Assembly (NCBI GenBank): GCA_018696395.1
Contig: JABHQR010000013.1
Location: 1,802 to 65,801 of the forward strand
Origin: an archaeon
GTDB taxonomy: Archaea > Nanobdellota > Nanobdellia > Woesearchaeales > GW2011-AR9
DNA: 64,000 nucleotides
Direction of reading: 5' to 3'
In this document: piece after piece, positions 48,627 through 58,315 of the stretch
How positions within the stretch are numbered: position 1 is the first letter of the stretch
Layout: every line of letters starts with the position of its first letter
Notes under the pieces: model-generated
What the model was told of the DNA's origin: nothing
Seen by the model: only the letters and a program-made list of their open reading frames with translations
The model's database searches: none
Position numbers and translations under genes: made by a program

Positions 48627-50203
48627 CTAAAAGACACATCATAAGAGCCAATTCTGTGATTAGCTGGAAAAATAAATTGGACATGTTTTGAATTATTTTC
48701 TTTTAATAAACTAGCTTGATAATCATTAAAATAATCAACATAATTGTCTGGAATTTTATTAAGATCTAAACTTAAAATTTGACCTTTATCAACCATTCGC
48801 TCATTTAAAAGAAATTTTGCTTCTTCAGTTATGGCCCTACCTCTTCGATTGATTCCTTTCTTAGCATTATTGAAAAAATCGTACAGGTCCCCTTGAGAAG
48901 CTATTGAATTGGTTGTATAAGCTTTTTGAAATAGGTCAGTAAAATTAATATTGATATAAAAATTACGATAAGTAAAATGTAACACATTCTTAGTAGTTTT
49001 AAAATTTTTAATTGAGCTCTCACGATAACTGGATTTGTTGAAAGGAAAGTCGTCCAAATCATTCAATGTAACTCCCAAATAATCTTTCATAGAAATTAAC
49101 TGAATTTTTTTATGAAATTCTAAATTAATTGAATTTTCATTTTGATTAATTTTATAACATTTCAGAATACCTTTACTTAAACCAAGGATAGCATAATAAT
49201 CATCATAATGTTTAACTAATTTAACCGAACCGATATCTGAAGAAGGAACCAATAATTCATCATTGTTAAAAAAAGGAGAGATCATTTTTCCCTCATTGTT
49301 TTTTTCACCAGGGCCATGATAATATTTTCTAACTTCATTACCTTCCCCCTCTTTACCTATGTATATCCCTAAATTATTATCTGTATACAAGATTAAATCT
49401 CCCAAAACATCTAAATTTAAAATTTTACGATTTTGTTTACCGTTAGATATTCTTTTAACCTCATTAATTTCATTAGTTAAAGGATCAAAATCTAAAATTC
49501 TTAATATGTTTTGATTTGGAACATAAAGATTCAATTTTTTGATATTTGGATTTTTAAAATCTACAACATTTCTAGCAATTACTGGCCCAGATATTTCAAT
49601 AGGTCCATTATGATCTTTCAATAAAACTAATTTTTCTAAATCACCACTAGGACAATTAAACAAATAACCACAAGGTAATTTTACTTGGTCATCTTCAGAA
49701 GAGACAATCCTTCTAGGCAAGTATGCCCCTAGAATAAAATGGTGCTTTATTGAATTATGATTATTTTGTTCTTTTTCATAGGTTAAGTAATCTGAAGTGG
49801 AAAAGGAAACATTATCTTCACCTAAAATAGACCTCATACCTTTTAGACTATCGCTACCATCAATAAAATAATTTTGAGCTTCAATAAAACTTTTTTGTTC
49901 ATCATTAAAATCAAACCTAAAGAATCCCCTCCTACTAAAAGAATAAATTGAATTCCTTGAAATAATTAATTCCCTTGGGGAAGGTAATTCAATTTCCCGA
50001 CCTTCACTATCTAGATATTTTAAAGGTAAAAATATTGGACTAATTTCATTGAAATTAGATTCCCTACTAATTATTTGTAACCCAACACCTTCACGTTTCT
50101 TAACTGTAGAACCTACTTTTTTAGTTGATGCAACGAATGCGATATAATCTTCCAATCCATTACTAAATTCAAATCCCTTCTTCTTAAATTCTTGTTTCGC
50201 CAT
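48614..50203 (-). CDS. Hypothetical protein
   Basis: 529 aa. Overlaps the upstream PP2C-like gene by 13 nt (operon-like). Confidence 0.5.
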   Translation of the reverse strand: MAKQEFKKKGFEFSNGLEDYIAFVASTKKVGSTVKKREGVGLQIISRESNFNEISPIFLPLKYLDSEGREIELPSPRELIISRNSIYSFSRRGFFRFDFNDEQKSFIEAQNYFIDGSDSLKGMRSILGEDNVSFSTSDYLTYEKEQNNHNSIKHHFILGAYLPRRIVSSEDDQVKLPCGYLFNCPSGDLEKLVLLKDHNGPIEISGPVIARNVVDFKNPNIKKLNLYVPNQNILRILDFDPLTNEINEVKRISNGKQNRKILNLDVLGDLILYTDNNLGIYIGKEGEGNEVRKYYHGPGEKNNEGKMISPFFNNDELLVPSSDIGSVKLVKHYDDYYAILGLSKGILKCYKINQNENSINLEFHKKIQLISMKDYLGVTLNDLDDFPFNKSSYRESSIKNFKTTKNVLHFTYRNFYININFTDLFQKAYTTNSIASQGDLYDFFNNAKKGINRRGRAITEEAKFLLNERMVDKGQILSLDLNKIPDNYVDYFNDYQASLLKENNSKHVQFIFPANHRIGSYDVSFRCVK

Positions 50204-50233
50204 TTTTTAAGTTTTTAAATTGTAATCATTTTT

Positions 50234-51676
50234 TTAACTTATCAAATTATTTAAAAAATTAATTAATATATTCTCTTTACCTAGATATTCTTCTTTCAAC
50301 CTAATAATATCTTGGTATCCTTTTTTGATACCATAATCTAATAAAAATTGAGAAGATTGGTCCAATTCTTTACCTTCTTTTTTGTTAGAAAATTCAAATC
50401 TTAAATATCTTTCAACATCACCATGTTCATATAACATATTAAGGAAATTTTCTTGATTTAAATCAGAATTTTTAAACTTAAATCCCTTTTCTTTATTTTT
50501 AGTTCCAACAAAATAAGATTGATATAACTTCATACTGTGGTTATAATAATTAGAATTGGTCTCAGTATTTTCTAAAAGTAATCTTCCCAGATATAATTTA
50601 GTATCATGATCTAAATGTAATTCATTAAAATGAGGAGATGCAAGTGATTTACTTTGAAAATCAAAAAGATAATCACATAGATTCAATTTATCTGAATCGT
50701 TGATATCCTCTGTGTTTAAAAAATAACCATTTAAAAATTGTCTAATCGTTTCAAATGTAAATTTCAAATCTTGTGTCATCTTAATTTTTTGTTTTAAATT
50801 ATTTTTCTTAGACGGCAGATCTTTGATTATAGAAAGATATGAACTAACCATTAATTTTATGGCATCAATACTTTCAGAAGAGCTATCAATATTCCAATTT
50901 ACTGGTTTGTTAACAAGAGTAGTTAATTTTTTTGAATCTAAATTCACCCAACTAAGTGAACTTTTCTCTTTACCTTCAACAATATACTTTGCCAAAAGTA
51001 AGTAAGCACCATAATCTAAGTTCGTACCATATTTGAAATTATTATCTTCCTGTAAAGCAACCAATTTAATGATTGAACCTTCTTTCTTCAACTCGTTTTT
51101 CTTCCCAACATACTTGTGGTATAATGACCTTGCTAACACTATGTTTTGAAGTTGATGATATTTAGAATTAAATTCAAATGGTTCTTTTTTTGAAGCTTTA
51201 TTAATTAATTTTATTGCACCATCAAAATCCCCTTGTTCTAAGAAAGATTTAGCATAATCTAAATCAACCAGGTTGTCATCTGAAACATCAAATTCATCAG
51301 GTGAGTAATTAGTTCTTTCTTCAAGATTAAGTAAATCAATTTGACATACTACAAAATTAAGTTTTTTAAGATGTGAGTTCGCAGAATTGACCATATTACT
51401 ATCATCACTATGTTTAGAAACTAATTCAAACAATTTTAATGATTTTTCAATATCATCGTTAGCAGAAGAATACCTGCCTTTGTCAAAATCTTTTTTAAAT
51501 CTATTAACACGAAGAACTCCCTCTTTAAATGCAAATTCAAAATCATCTGGAAAAAAATGACCTAGATCACAAGAATTAAGATATTGTTCACACAGATTAA
51601 TACATTTCTCCAAGTCATCAGAGTATAGTTCTAATTCCTTACTACACATATTTCGCTTTTGTTTTTGGCAATCCAT
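50234..51676 (-). CDS. Hypothetical protein (helical, possibly TPR-like)
   Basis: 480 aa ORF. Confidence 0.45.
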   Translation of the reverse strand: MDCQKQKRNMCSKELELYSDDLEKCINLCEQYLNSCDLGHFFPDDFEFAFKEGVLRVNRFKKDFDKGRYSSANDDIEKSLKLFELVSKHSDDSNMVNSANSHLKKLNFVVCQIDLLNLEERTNYSPDEFDVSDDNLVDLDYAKSFLEQGDFDGAIKLINKASKKEPFEFNSKYHQLQNIVLARSLYHKYVGKKNELKKEGSIIKLVALQEDNNFKYGTNLDYGAYLLLAKYIVEGKEKSSLSWVNLDSKKLTTLVNKPVNWNIDSSSESIDAIKLMVSSYLSIIKDLPSKKNNLKQKIKMTQDLKFTFETIRQFLNGYFLNTEDINDSDKLNLCDYLFDFQSKSLASPHFNELHLDHDTKLYLGRLLLENTETNSNYYNHSMKLYQSYFVGTKNKEKGFKFKNSDLNQENFLNMLYEHGDVERYLRFEFSNKKEGKELDQSSQFLLDYGIKKGYQDIIRLKEEYLGKENILINFLNNLIS

Positions 51677-51703
51677 TTTAAATTAAATTTGTTTAAGGTA
51701 AAA

Positions 51704-53398
51704 TTATTTTTTATTACGCCTCAGATATATCATCAAATCTGTAATTTCACTAGCATTATTACCACAACTGGCTATTTTTTCAGTTAACTGATTTATTTTA
51801 GTACCATAACTTTCACTTTCTTTTTCAGATAAATGTAATTTATCTTTTATTCCTATAATATGATCAATTGTACTTTGATAATTTAAATTATCAATAGAAT
51901 CTATTACTTCAGGATTAGCACCACCATCTTTGAAACTAAATTTACTTTTACGAGTATTCAAATGGTAATTATTATCTTCAGCGATACCCAAAACTAAATT
52001 ACTTAATTTAACAAGTTTTTCTTTTTCTTCAGTTAGCTGAGACTGATAAGTTTTAATACTTGCATCTGTTTTTCCCTTATTTCGAATATACCTATCTTTT
52101 TTAGTGGTGTGTTCAGATTCTTTGGTTTTGAATGTATTTTTCCTTACTTCTAACCAATTAGAAACAGAATCAATAGTACTATGAAGATAAGATTTCATTC
52201 TTTCTTTTTCTTCAAGCGAAATTGTTTCATCACCTTTTTTCCACCCAATTAGATTTTTATAATCAGTATCGATTAATTTTTTAACATCGTTTTCTAAATC
52301 ATTATGATTATAATCGGGGGTTTCGTCTAATTTTTTATTTAATTCAGTACACTTAATTCTTACTTCATCAATTGGACGAAATATATTTTCAATTATACCT
52401 CCTTCCTTATTATTAACCCAACTAACTTGATGATACTTTTTCACAATTTTTTCTTGTAAAGCAAATCTTAATTGTTTAGCAGAAGGAATGTTTCGATTAC
52501 TTCTAGATGCAACCCCAGTAAATTGATCTCCCCCTGGGCCAAATTCAAGACCAAGTCTATCTTGCAAAAACTCACCATACCTGCCCATACTTGCTAAACC
52601 ATAAGCATCTTCTTTTTTCTCAAGGAACATAAAGACCATAATTGCAGAATCAATATCAGTTGCAAAATAATCAGTGATGATTTTTTTACTAGAGTTATCC
52701 CAATCAGATAAAGGAGATAATGAAAAAGGTTTACGTAAAGGATCTTCAGAAAGACTATATTTACTACTAGAAAGTTCTTTTGATTTAGGATATTTATTAC
52801 TCCCTCCTGGGATTGGATCAGCCATTAATACTTGTTTTTCAAATAAGTCTAAATCTAGATTTTTCTGAACTAATGAATCATTAATATCAAAACCCAATAG
52901 AATATTATCTAATTTTAGATCATTGTGAGTATGACCTTTCTCATGTAATTCTTCCAACCTTAAGAATAAGAAGTACATTGTTTTATCAATTAAATAATCT
53001 TTTGTCCGATTATCAAATTCAGCAGGATTATTTTGTTGAAGTGAATCAAAATTTTTAATTAAATCATATAAACTGGTACCCCCATATTCCATCAACATGC
53101 CGGGTGTTGTCCCATTTTCCCTTTTGATTTTATTTTGAAACCCTAATACTTTAACAAAACCAGGCATGTTATAAGGGTTATTTTCATTAGATAAAAATTC
53201 TGATTTTTCTTTAAACTCTTTTTTAATATCATCTTCTTCTTTATTTAAAAATTTTAATGCATACCTCATGCCAGGGTTAGATTCGCAAGTTGCATTGTAT
53301 ACCAATCCAACACTACCATCTCCAATTGTTTTTAAACCTAACATTAATTCTAAATCTTCACCTTGATTTGTTGTAAATTTAACTGTTTCTGTAGTCAT
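51704..53398 (-). CDS. Eukaryotic-like protein kinase-domain protein (soluble; possibly atypical or pseudokinase)
   Basis: 564 aa. Gly-rich loop IGDGSVGLVY, Lys motif YALKFL, catalytic loop HTHNDLKLDNILL. No clear DFG (the region reads NLDLDLFEK). Confidence 0.6.
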   Translation of the reverse strand: MTTETVKFTTNQGEDLELMLGLKTIGDGSVGLVYNATCESNPGMRYALKFLNKEEDDIKKEFKEKSEFLSNENNPYNMPGFVKVLGFQNKIKRENGTTPGMLMEYGGTSLYDLIKNFDSLQQNNPAEFDNRTKDYLIDKTMYFLFLRLEELHEKGHTHNDLKLDNILLGFDINDSLVQKNLDLDLFEKQVLMADPIPGGSNKYPKSKELSSSKYSLSEDPLRKPFSLSPLSDWDNSSKKIITDYFATDIDSAIMVFMFLEKKEDAYGLASMGRYGEFLQDRLGLEFGPGGDQFTGVASRSNRNIPSAKQLRFALQEKIVKKYHQVSWVNNKEGGIIENIFRPIDEVRIKCTELNKKLDETPDYNHNDLENDVKKLIDTDYKNLIGWKKGDETISLEEKERMKSYLHSTIDSVSNWLEVRKNTFKTKESEHTTKKDRYIRNKGKTDASIKTYQSQLTEEKEKLVKLSNLVLGIAEDNNYHLNTRKSKFSFKDGGANPEVIDSIDNLNYQSTIDHIIGIKDKLHLSEKESESYGTKINQLTEKIASCGNNASEITDLMIYLRRNKK

Positions 53399-53399
53399 T

Positions 53400-54332
53400 T
53401 TATTTTTCCCCCATTAAATAAATTGAATTTATTTTTTCATCACGATTGTAACTTAAAGAGCTTTCTAACTCAAAAATTTTATTTTTACCTAAAACGTACT
53501 TACTCAAACTTCCTTCTGTTAAAACAATTAATTCTTGTTCATTTTTTGAAAAGTAGAACCCCATAATCGGCGAACTAAAAGATTTAACCCTACTATTAAC
53601 ACCAGAAGCAATATCAAGTGAAAAGAGATTACTTGACACTGAATAAACTAATTTTGAGTTTTCTAGTAACTGAAGATTATTTGTAATCAACCTATTATCA
53701 GAGCATTCATTTGACAAAGTACTGACACAACCAATTTTGTTAGAATTATTTTTCAAATTTAATTTAATTATTCCGCCAAAATTATTTCCTAAATAAACAT
53801 TGGATTCATCACAACACATTGAAGTAATGTGTCCTTTATTAAGCTTAAATTTAGATCCTTCTGAAATTAGATCCCCTAAATTATCTGAGAAAAATAAATT
53901 CCCCCTTTCATAAGTAAATATCTTTTTACTATTACAACCCAATCCCATTGGATTTAAGAAACCATCACAATATTTAATGATAAAAAAATCTTTTTTTCCT
54001 GAATCAACTTCAATCTTGTCTGTGTTGCCATTAATGTAAAAATCACTTAATGGAACTTTTAATACACCAACAAAACTATGGGAAGCCAACAAATAATTTT
54101 CATCATTAGTAGAATTGTTAAAAAGTATGATATCATTAAATTTTGATTGACTCCATTTTCCAAAATTAAGTGAAATATTTTCTAATTCAACCTTTTTAAT
54201 TTGACCAGATTCTAAATTCAATAAATCAACACCATAACTGTGACCTAAACCCAAATGAGGTACACCTAAAATGTGTAAAGGTTTAATTGATTGATAATTT
54301 TTACTGGTCCTTACTAAATCTTTTAGTTTCAT
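53400..54332 (-). CDS. Hypothetical protein (beta-rich, possibly propeller-like)
   Basis: 310 aa. It is separated from the upstream kinase gene by 1 nt. Confidence 0.45.
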   Translation of the reverse strand: MKLKDLVRTSKNYQSIKPLHILGVPHLGLGHSYGVDLLNLESGQIKKVELENISLNFGKWSQSKFNDIILFNNSTNDENYLLASHSFVGVLKVPLSDFYINGNTDKIEVDSGKKDFFIIKYCDGFLNPMGLGCNSKKIFTYERGNLFFSDNLGDLISEGSKFKLNKGHITSMCCDESNVYLGNNFGGIIKLNLKNNSNKIGCVSTLSNECSDNRLITNNLQLLENSKLVYSVSSNLFSLDIASGVNSRVKSFSSPIMGFYFSKNEQELIVLTEGSLSKYVLGKNKIFELESSLSYNRDEKINSIYLMGEK

Positions 54333-54349
54333 ATTTTTTATTTTATTTT

Positions 54350-55954
54350 CTAGCGTTTTACTATTTTAATCGTCCCATTTTGAGAAAGATAAATATTACC
54401 TTCAAATCCAATATTATTTGAATTGTCAGGAACTGAAAGTTGAGGAGATTCCAAACTAATACCAAAATGTTTCTTTACTAATGAATCTTCAGATTCTTTT
54501 TCTATTGGATCTTTTTTATCGTAGATAAGGATATTATTTAATTTTTCAATGTCATCCATAAGTGCAAAATAACTTGATTTCTGGTTTCTATTTAAGTAAT
54601 TAAGAAACCCTTCTGGATTCACAAACTGATTTCTAAACCGATGTAATCCATTAAGAAATAAACCTTTTCCACCCCTCCCATTAATTTCTTGAAAATAGCA
54701 ATTGTTTAATGGATTATAATCCATAGATGGATAAATTTCTAAAGGTTTATCTTTTGATGAGATAGAACTAACCAACAATTGAACACCGTTCTTATTTATT
54801 GCAGCATTAACTAATTTTCGATTAGATTGATTTCTAAAAAAATATCCTTCTAAAAGAGGAGTTAATTTACCAATGACTTTTCCAAAATTTGTTCTATTAA
54901 AAACTTTTTGAAAAGGTTGTTCATAACCTTTTTGAGGAATAATCATAGGCAATATAAAGTCTTTATCATGAATCCCAGCAACACCTAATAATTTAATTCC
55001 ACCTTGATTATCTGATCTTGACAGCACCCCATTATAAAGTTCATTAGTAGATTCATTTAGCCGGTCTAAATCATAATTTGTTAATCCAACTAATCTGTCG
55101 GTCATATCATTACATACCGAACTAATAATATTTAACATTATTGAAGGTTCATTAGCAGCAACAATATAAACTGGCAAACTTTTTTTATTCAGACTTAACC
55201 CCATAACTGCATTTTTAATTAGTTCTGCCCTCTCTAAAAAGATGGGAATATTAAAGGGAACAAGCTCATATATCCTATGACCCCTAGGGTTATTTTTAGA
55301 GCCATGATTAAAATTACTTGCTAAAGTATCCATTGTATCTATTGCAAATTTCAAATTACGAACATAAACATCACGTTCAATACAGATCTTACCATTTAAA
55401 TTACAATTATCAGAATAAGATTTGTAAAATTCATTTAAGAGATTATTAGTATAATTTGTTTCATCGTTGTTATCAATTAAATTATTTGCAAGTTTATTAA
55501 CCAAACCATCTAAATAATCTTCACCTTGAACAAATTTTCTAATATCATTAAAAATACTTTCAGGAACATGGGGGCCAGTAGCATCAAAAATCACATCACA
55601 AGATGAGAAAAAATCTTTAAAATCATTTAACCCTGTACCTTTATTTTTATTTTTATCATTGTCACAATAACTAATCTTTGGGCCTAATTGATTAACATTA
55701 AAACCAAATTTTCTGAATTCAACTTCACATATTTTCTTGAAATTACCTAAATCAGAATACCCATAATTATAAAAAATTATTTCTTCATAATTACTTGAAA
55801 ACATATCACGCATATCTGAAAGGTCGTAATTAACAATAGGGTTCCCATAATTATCTAAAATTGCAGCACTCGCTTTATCTTGACTAGAAATCTTATTCAA
55901 CAATAGTTTGACAAGGTTTCCCTTACCAATTATCCCTAAGGTTTTTTTACTCAT
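54350..55954 (-). CDS. Hypothetical protein (first gene of the minus-strand island array)
   Basis: 534 aa. N-terminal GIIGKGN glycine-rich segment, no firm family assignment. Confidence 0.45.
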   Translation of the reverse strand: MSKKTLGIIGKGNLVKLLLNKISSQDKASAAILDNYGNPIVNYDLSDMRDMFSSNYEEIIFYNYGYSDLGNFKKICEVEFRKFGFNVNQLGPKISYCDNDKNKNKGTGLNDFKDFFSSCDVIFDATGPHVPESIFNDIRKFVQGEDYLDGLVNKLANNLIDNNDETNYTNNLLNEFYKSYSDNCNLNGKICIERDVYVRNLKFAIDTMDTLASNFNHGSKNNPRGHRIYELVPFNIPIFLERAELIKNAVMGLSLNKKSLPVYIVAANEPSIMLNIISSVCNDMTDRLVGLTNYDLDRLNESTNELYNGVLSRSDNQGGIKLLGVAGIHDKDFILPMIIPQKGYEQPFQKVFNRTNFGKVIGKLTPLLEGYFFRNQSNRKLVNAAINKNGVQLLVSSISSKDKPLEIYPSMDYNPLNNCYFQEINGRGGKGLFLNGLHRFRNQFVNPEGFLNYLNRNQKSSYFALMDDIEKLNNILIYDKKDPIEKESEDSLVKKHFGISLESPQLSVPDNSNNIGFEGNIYLSQNGTIKIVKR

Positions 55955-56218
55955 TGATTAGTACCTATTGCAAGATGGTAACACCTAGCTTGTATTTAAA
56001 ACTTGTTATCCAACAGCCCCTTTTTAATAACGACACAGTGATTAAAACTGGATAAAAATTGATTTTAATAAATATTTATTACAATTTAATGGACAATTGA
56101 TTTAATCAAATGTAGTATAGGACAATACAACATATGATTATTAAATATTTCAATCTAAGTCAAATAAAGACTAAAGGTAGGTGTTTTGTAAGGAAAATTA
56201 TTTATATTACAACCAATA

Positions 56219-56980
56219 TTGTATGATAATACTATGAAAGAAAACATCTTAATGGACCTAGGACTTTCTAAGAACGAGTCTAAGATATATTTATCATTAT
56301 TAGAGCAAGGCATTTCTACTGCAACACAAGTTGCAGAAAAAAGTGGGATTCATAGAGTTAATGTCTATGATTCATTAAATAAATTAAAAGAAAAAGATTT
56401 GGTTGGAGAGATAAATATTTCTAATAAGAAATGTTATCAAGCCTCACCCCCAGAAACATTAAAAAATATTATTAAAGAAAAAGAAATGCAATTAAATAAA
56501 ATTCTACCACAATTAGCTTTATTTCAACAAATGAATCAAAAAAAAATTGATGTCCAAGTATATACTGGATATGATTTTATTAGAAAAATCATGTTAAAAT
56601 TTCTTAATATGAAAGAAGATATTTATGTTATGGACGCACCAAAGTTTATTTTAGAAAGAGTGGGAAAGGAGTTTCAAGAAGCGATACATAAAAGAAGAAT
56701 TTCGCAAAAACAAACTATGTGGCATCTTTATAGTAAAGAAGCGATTGATCGAGTTAAAATTCTTAATACTTACCCACACACAGAAGCTAAATGTCTTGAA
56801 CAAGAACATAGTAACTATGTAACTACCTTCCTTTGTGGGGACGAATCAGTTATTGTAATTCATGACGAAACACAAAATAAAAAAACATGCACTTCAATAA
56901 GAATTAAAAATAATGGACTTGCAAAAACTTACAAAAACCATTTTGAAATTCTTTGGAAAAGAAGTAAAAAACCAGAATAA
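56219..56980 (+). CDS. TrmB-family transcriptional regulator
   Basis: 253 aa. N-terminal wHTH LGLSKNESKIYLSLLEQGISTATQVAEKSGIHRVNVYDSLNKLKEKDLV, typical of TrmB. Transcribed divergently from the island. Confidence 0.75.
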   Translation: MYDNTMKENILMDLGLSKNESKIYLSLLEQGISTATQVAEKSGIHRVNVYDSLNKLKEKDLVGEINISNKKCYQASPPETLKNIIKEKEMQLNKILPQLALFQQMNQKKIDVQVYTGYDFIRKIMLKFLNMKEDIYVMDAPKFILERVGKEFQEAIHKRRISQKQTMWHLYSKEAIDRVKILNTYPHTEAKCLEQEHSNYVTTFLCGDESVIVIHDETQNKKTCTSIRIKNNGLAKTYKNHFEILWKRSKKPE

Positions 56981-57001
56981 ACATAATAATATATTGTCCA
57001 T

Positions 57002-58240
57002 TTACTCATTCAAATTTTTTTCTAGCCAAGCATTAAATCTATTCTTTGCTTCATCAACATAAATTTCTTGACCATCACCATAAAGGTCTTTGAAAAGATC
57101 TTTAATCATAGAATCGTATTTGTCATTTTTTAATCTTAATTCTGAAAGTTGAGAATTTAATTCCATATTGTCTTCAATTAAACTCATCCTATCAAGTAAC
57201 ATGTGCTGATTTAATTCAGGATCATCAGATGAATTTTGTTTTAATCCAATCAATTTTTGATATTCAGAATTAAGATTATCATTATATGATGTCAATTGTT
57301 TAATCTTTACATCTTTCTTATTCAACTCTTCTTGGTTCCGAGACATTAACATTTTAACATATTGGTGTTGTTCCAAAGTGATCTTAGTTTTAATAGATTT
57401 AATTTCTTCTTCATGACCTGATTTTAATTGACTAATTATCACAGAGAAAAATTCATCCTTTTCAGAAAAAACAAATTGATGATATTCACAAAATTGTTTA
57501 AAGTTAGATAAAGAAGTATCACTTAAATTTCTTAATAACCCAAGTTCATATTTTAATCTTTTCTTATCCCTCACTAATTTAATTTTTTCTATTTCAACTT
57601 GTTTATATTTTTCAAAAATACCTATAAATTCACCATTAAGTTCATCAAAAGCATCGCACTTAGATTGATATTCAGATTTTAAATCACCTAGATCATTACT
57701 AACTTGGCCCAATCTTTCTTCAGAGTATGATAATTTATGTTCTGTATTAGATAGCATAACTAATAATTCAGTTTCTTTATCTCTTCTATCAGAGATATGT
57801 GCTGAAGCTTTATTCTTTAAAACTTCACAATTAATTTCTTCTTGTTGTGATACTTTATCTTCTAACCGACTGAGAGTTAATTTTTTATTTCTGTTAGAGA
57901 TAGTTAATTTTTCAACTTGTTGACATAATTCATCATTAACCTTTTCACTTTCTCTAAGCTCATTTTCAAGATAAGAAATTTCTTGAGATTTAACAAGCAA
58001 TTCACTTTTAACAGCATGAAATTCACTTACTCCTGCCGCAACATTAAGAAATTCAGCTAATTCTTCAAGATCAAATAGACAGGAATTATTTTGAACATAA
58101 ACATCCCTAGTAGGATCATATTTTAAATTAAACTTTTCAAGAAGATTGTATAACTGTCCTTCTTTAATATTTGGATTAAGACCAGAAGCATTAAGAATTG
58201 CAATACCAGTTTTATCAAAGTGATCAGACATATATATCAA
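57002..58240 (-). CDS. Coiled-coil protein paralogous to the C-terminal module of the PP2C-like protein
   Basis: 412 aa. DLKSEYQSKCDAFDELNGEFIGIFEKYKQVEIEKIKL and LSNFKQFCEYH align with DLKSNYQAKCTVFDILNNAFKIFFGDYKKVEKKKIKL and LSNFKQFFEYH in 46443-48626. Confidence 0.55.
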   Translation of the reverse strand: MIYMSDHFDKTGIAILNASGLNPNIKEGQLYNLLEKFNLKYDPTRDVYVQNNSCLFDLEELAEFLNVAAGVSEFHAVKSELLVKSQEISYLENELRESEKVNDELCQQVEKLTISNRNKKLTLSRLEDKVSQQEEINCEVLKNKASAHISDRRDKETELLVMLSNTEHKLSYSEERLGQVSNDLGDLKSEYQSKCDAFDELNGEFIGIFEKYKQVEIEKIKLVRDKKRLKYELGLLRNLSDTSLSNFKQFCEYHQFVFSEKDEFFSVIISQLKSGHEEEIKSIKTKITLEQHQYVKMLMSRNQEELNKKDVKIKQLTSYNDNLNSEYQKLIGLKQNSSDDPELNQHMLLDRMSLIEDNMELNSQLSELRLKNDKYDSMIKDLFKDLYGDGQEIYVDEAKNRFNAWLEKNLNE

Positions 58241-58315
58241 AAAAGATAATTACTATTTATAGTTTTCCAAGATAAACTACTTGAAAGTAGTCTCAATCAC
58301 CAGATTAATATTTAT

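Noticed and set aside
54350-55954. FtsZ/tubulin- or actin-like identity for the 534 aa island protein (Gly-rich N-terminus, NGRGGKG segment)
   Set aside because: The motifs do not match GGGTG(S/T)G or the actin phosphate loops in spacing. It is left as hypothetical.
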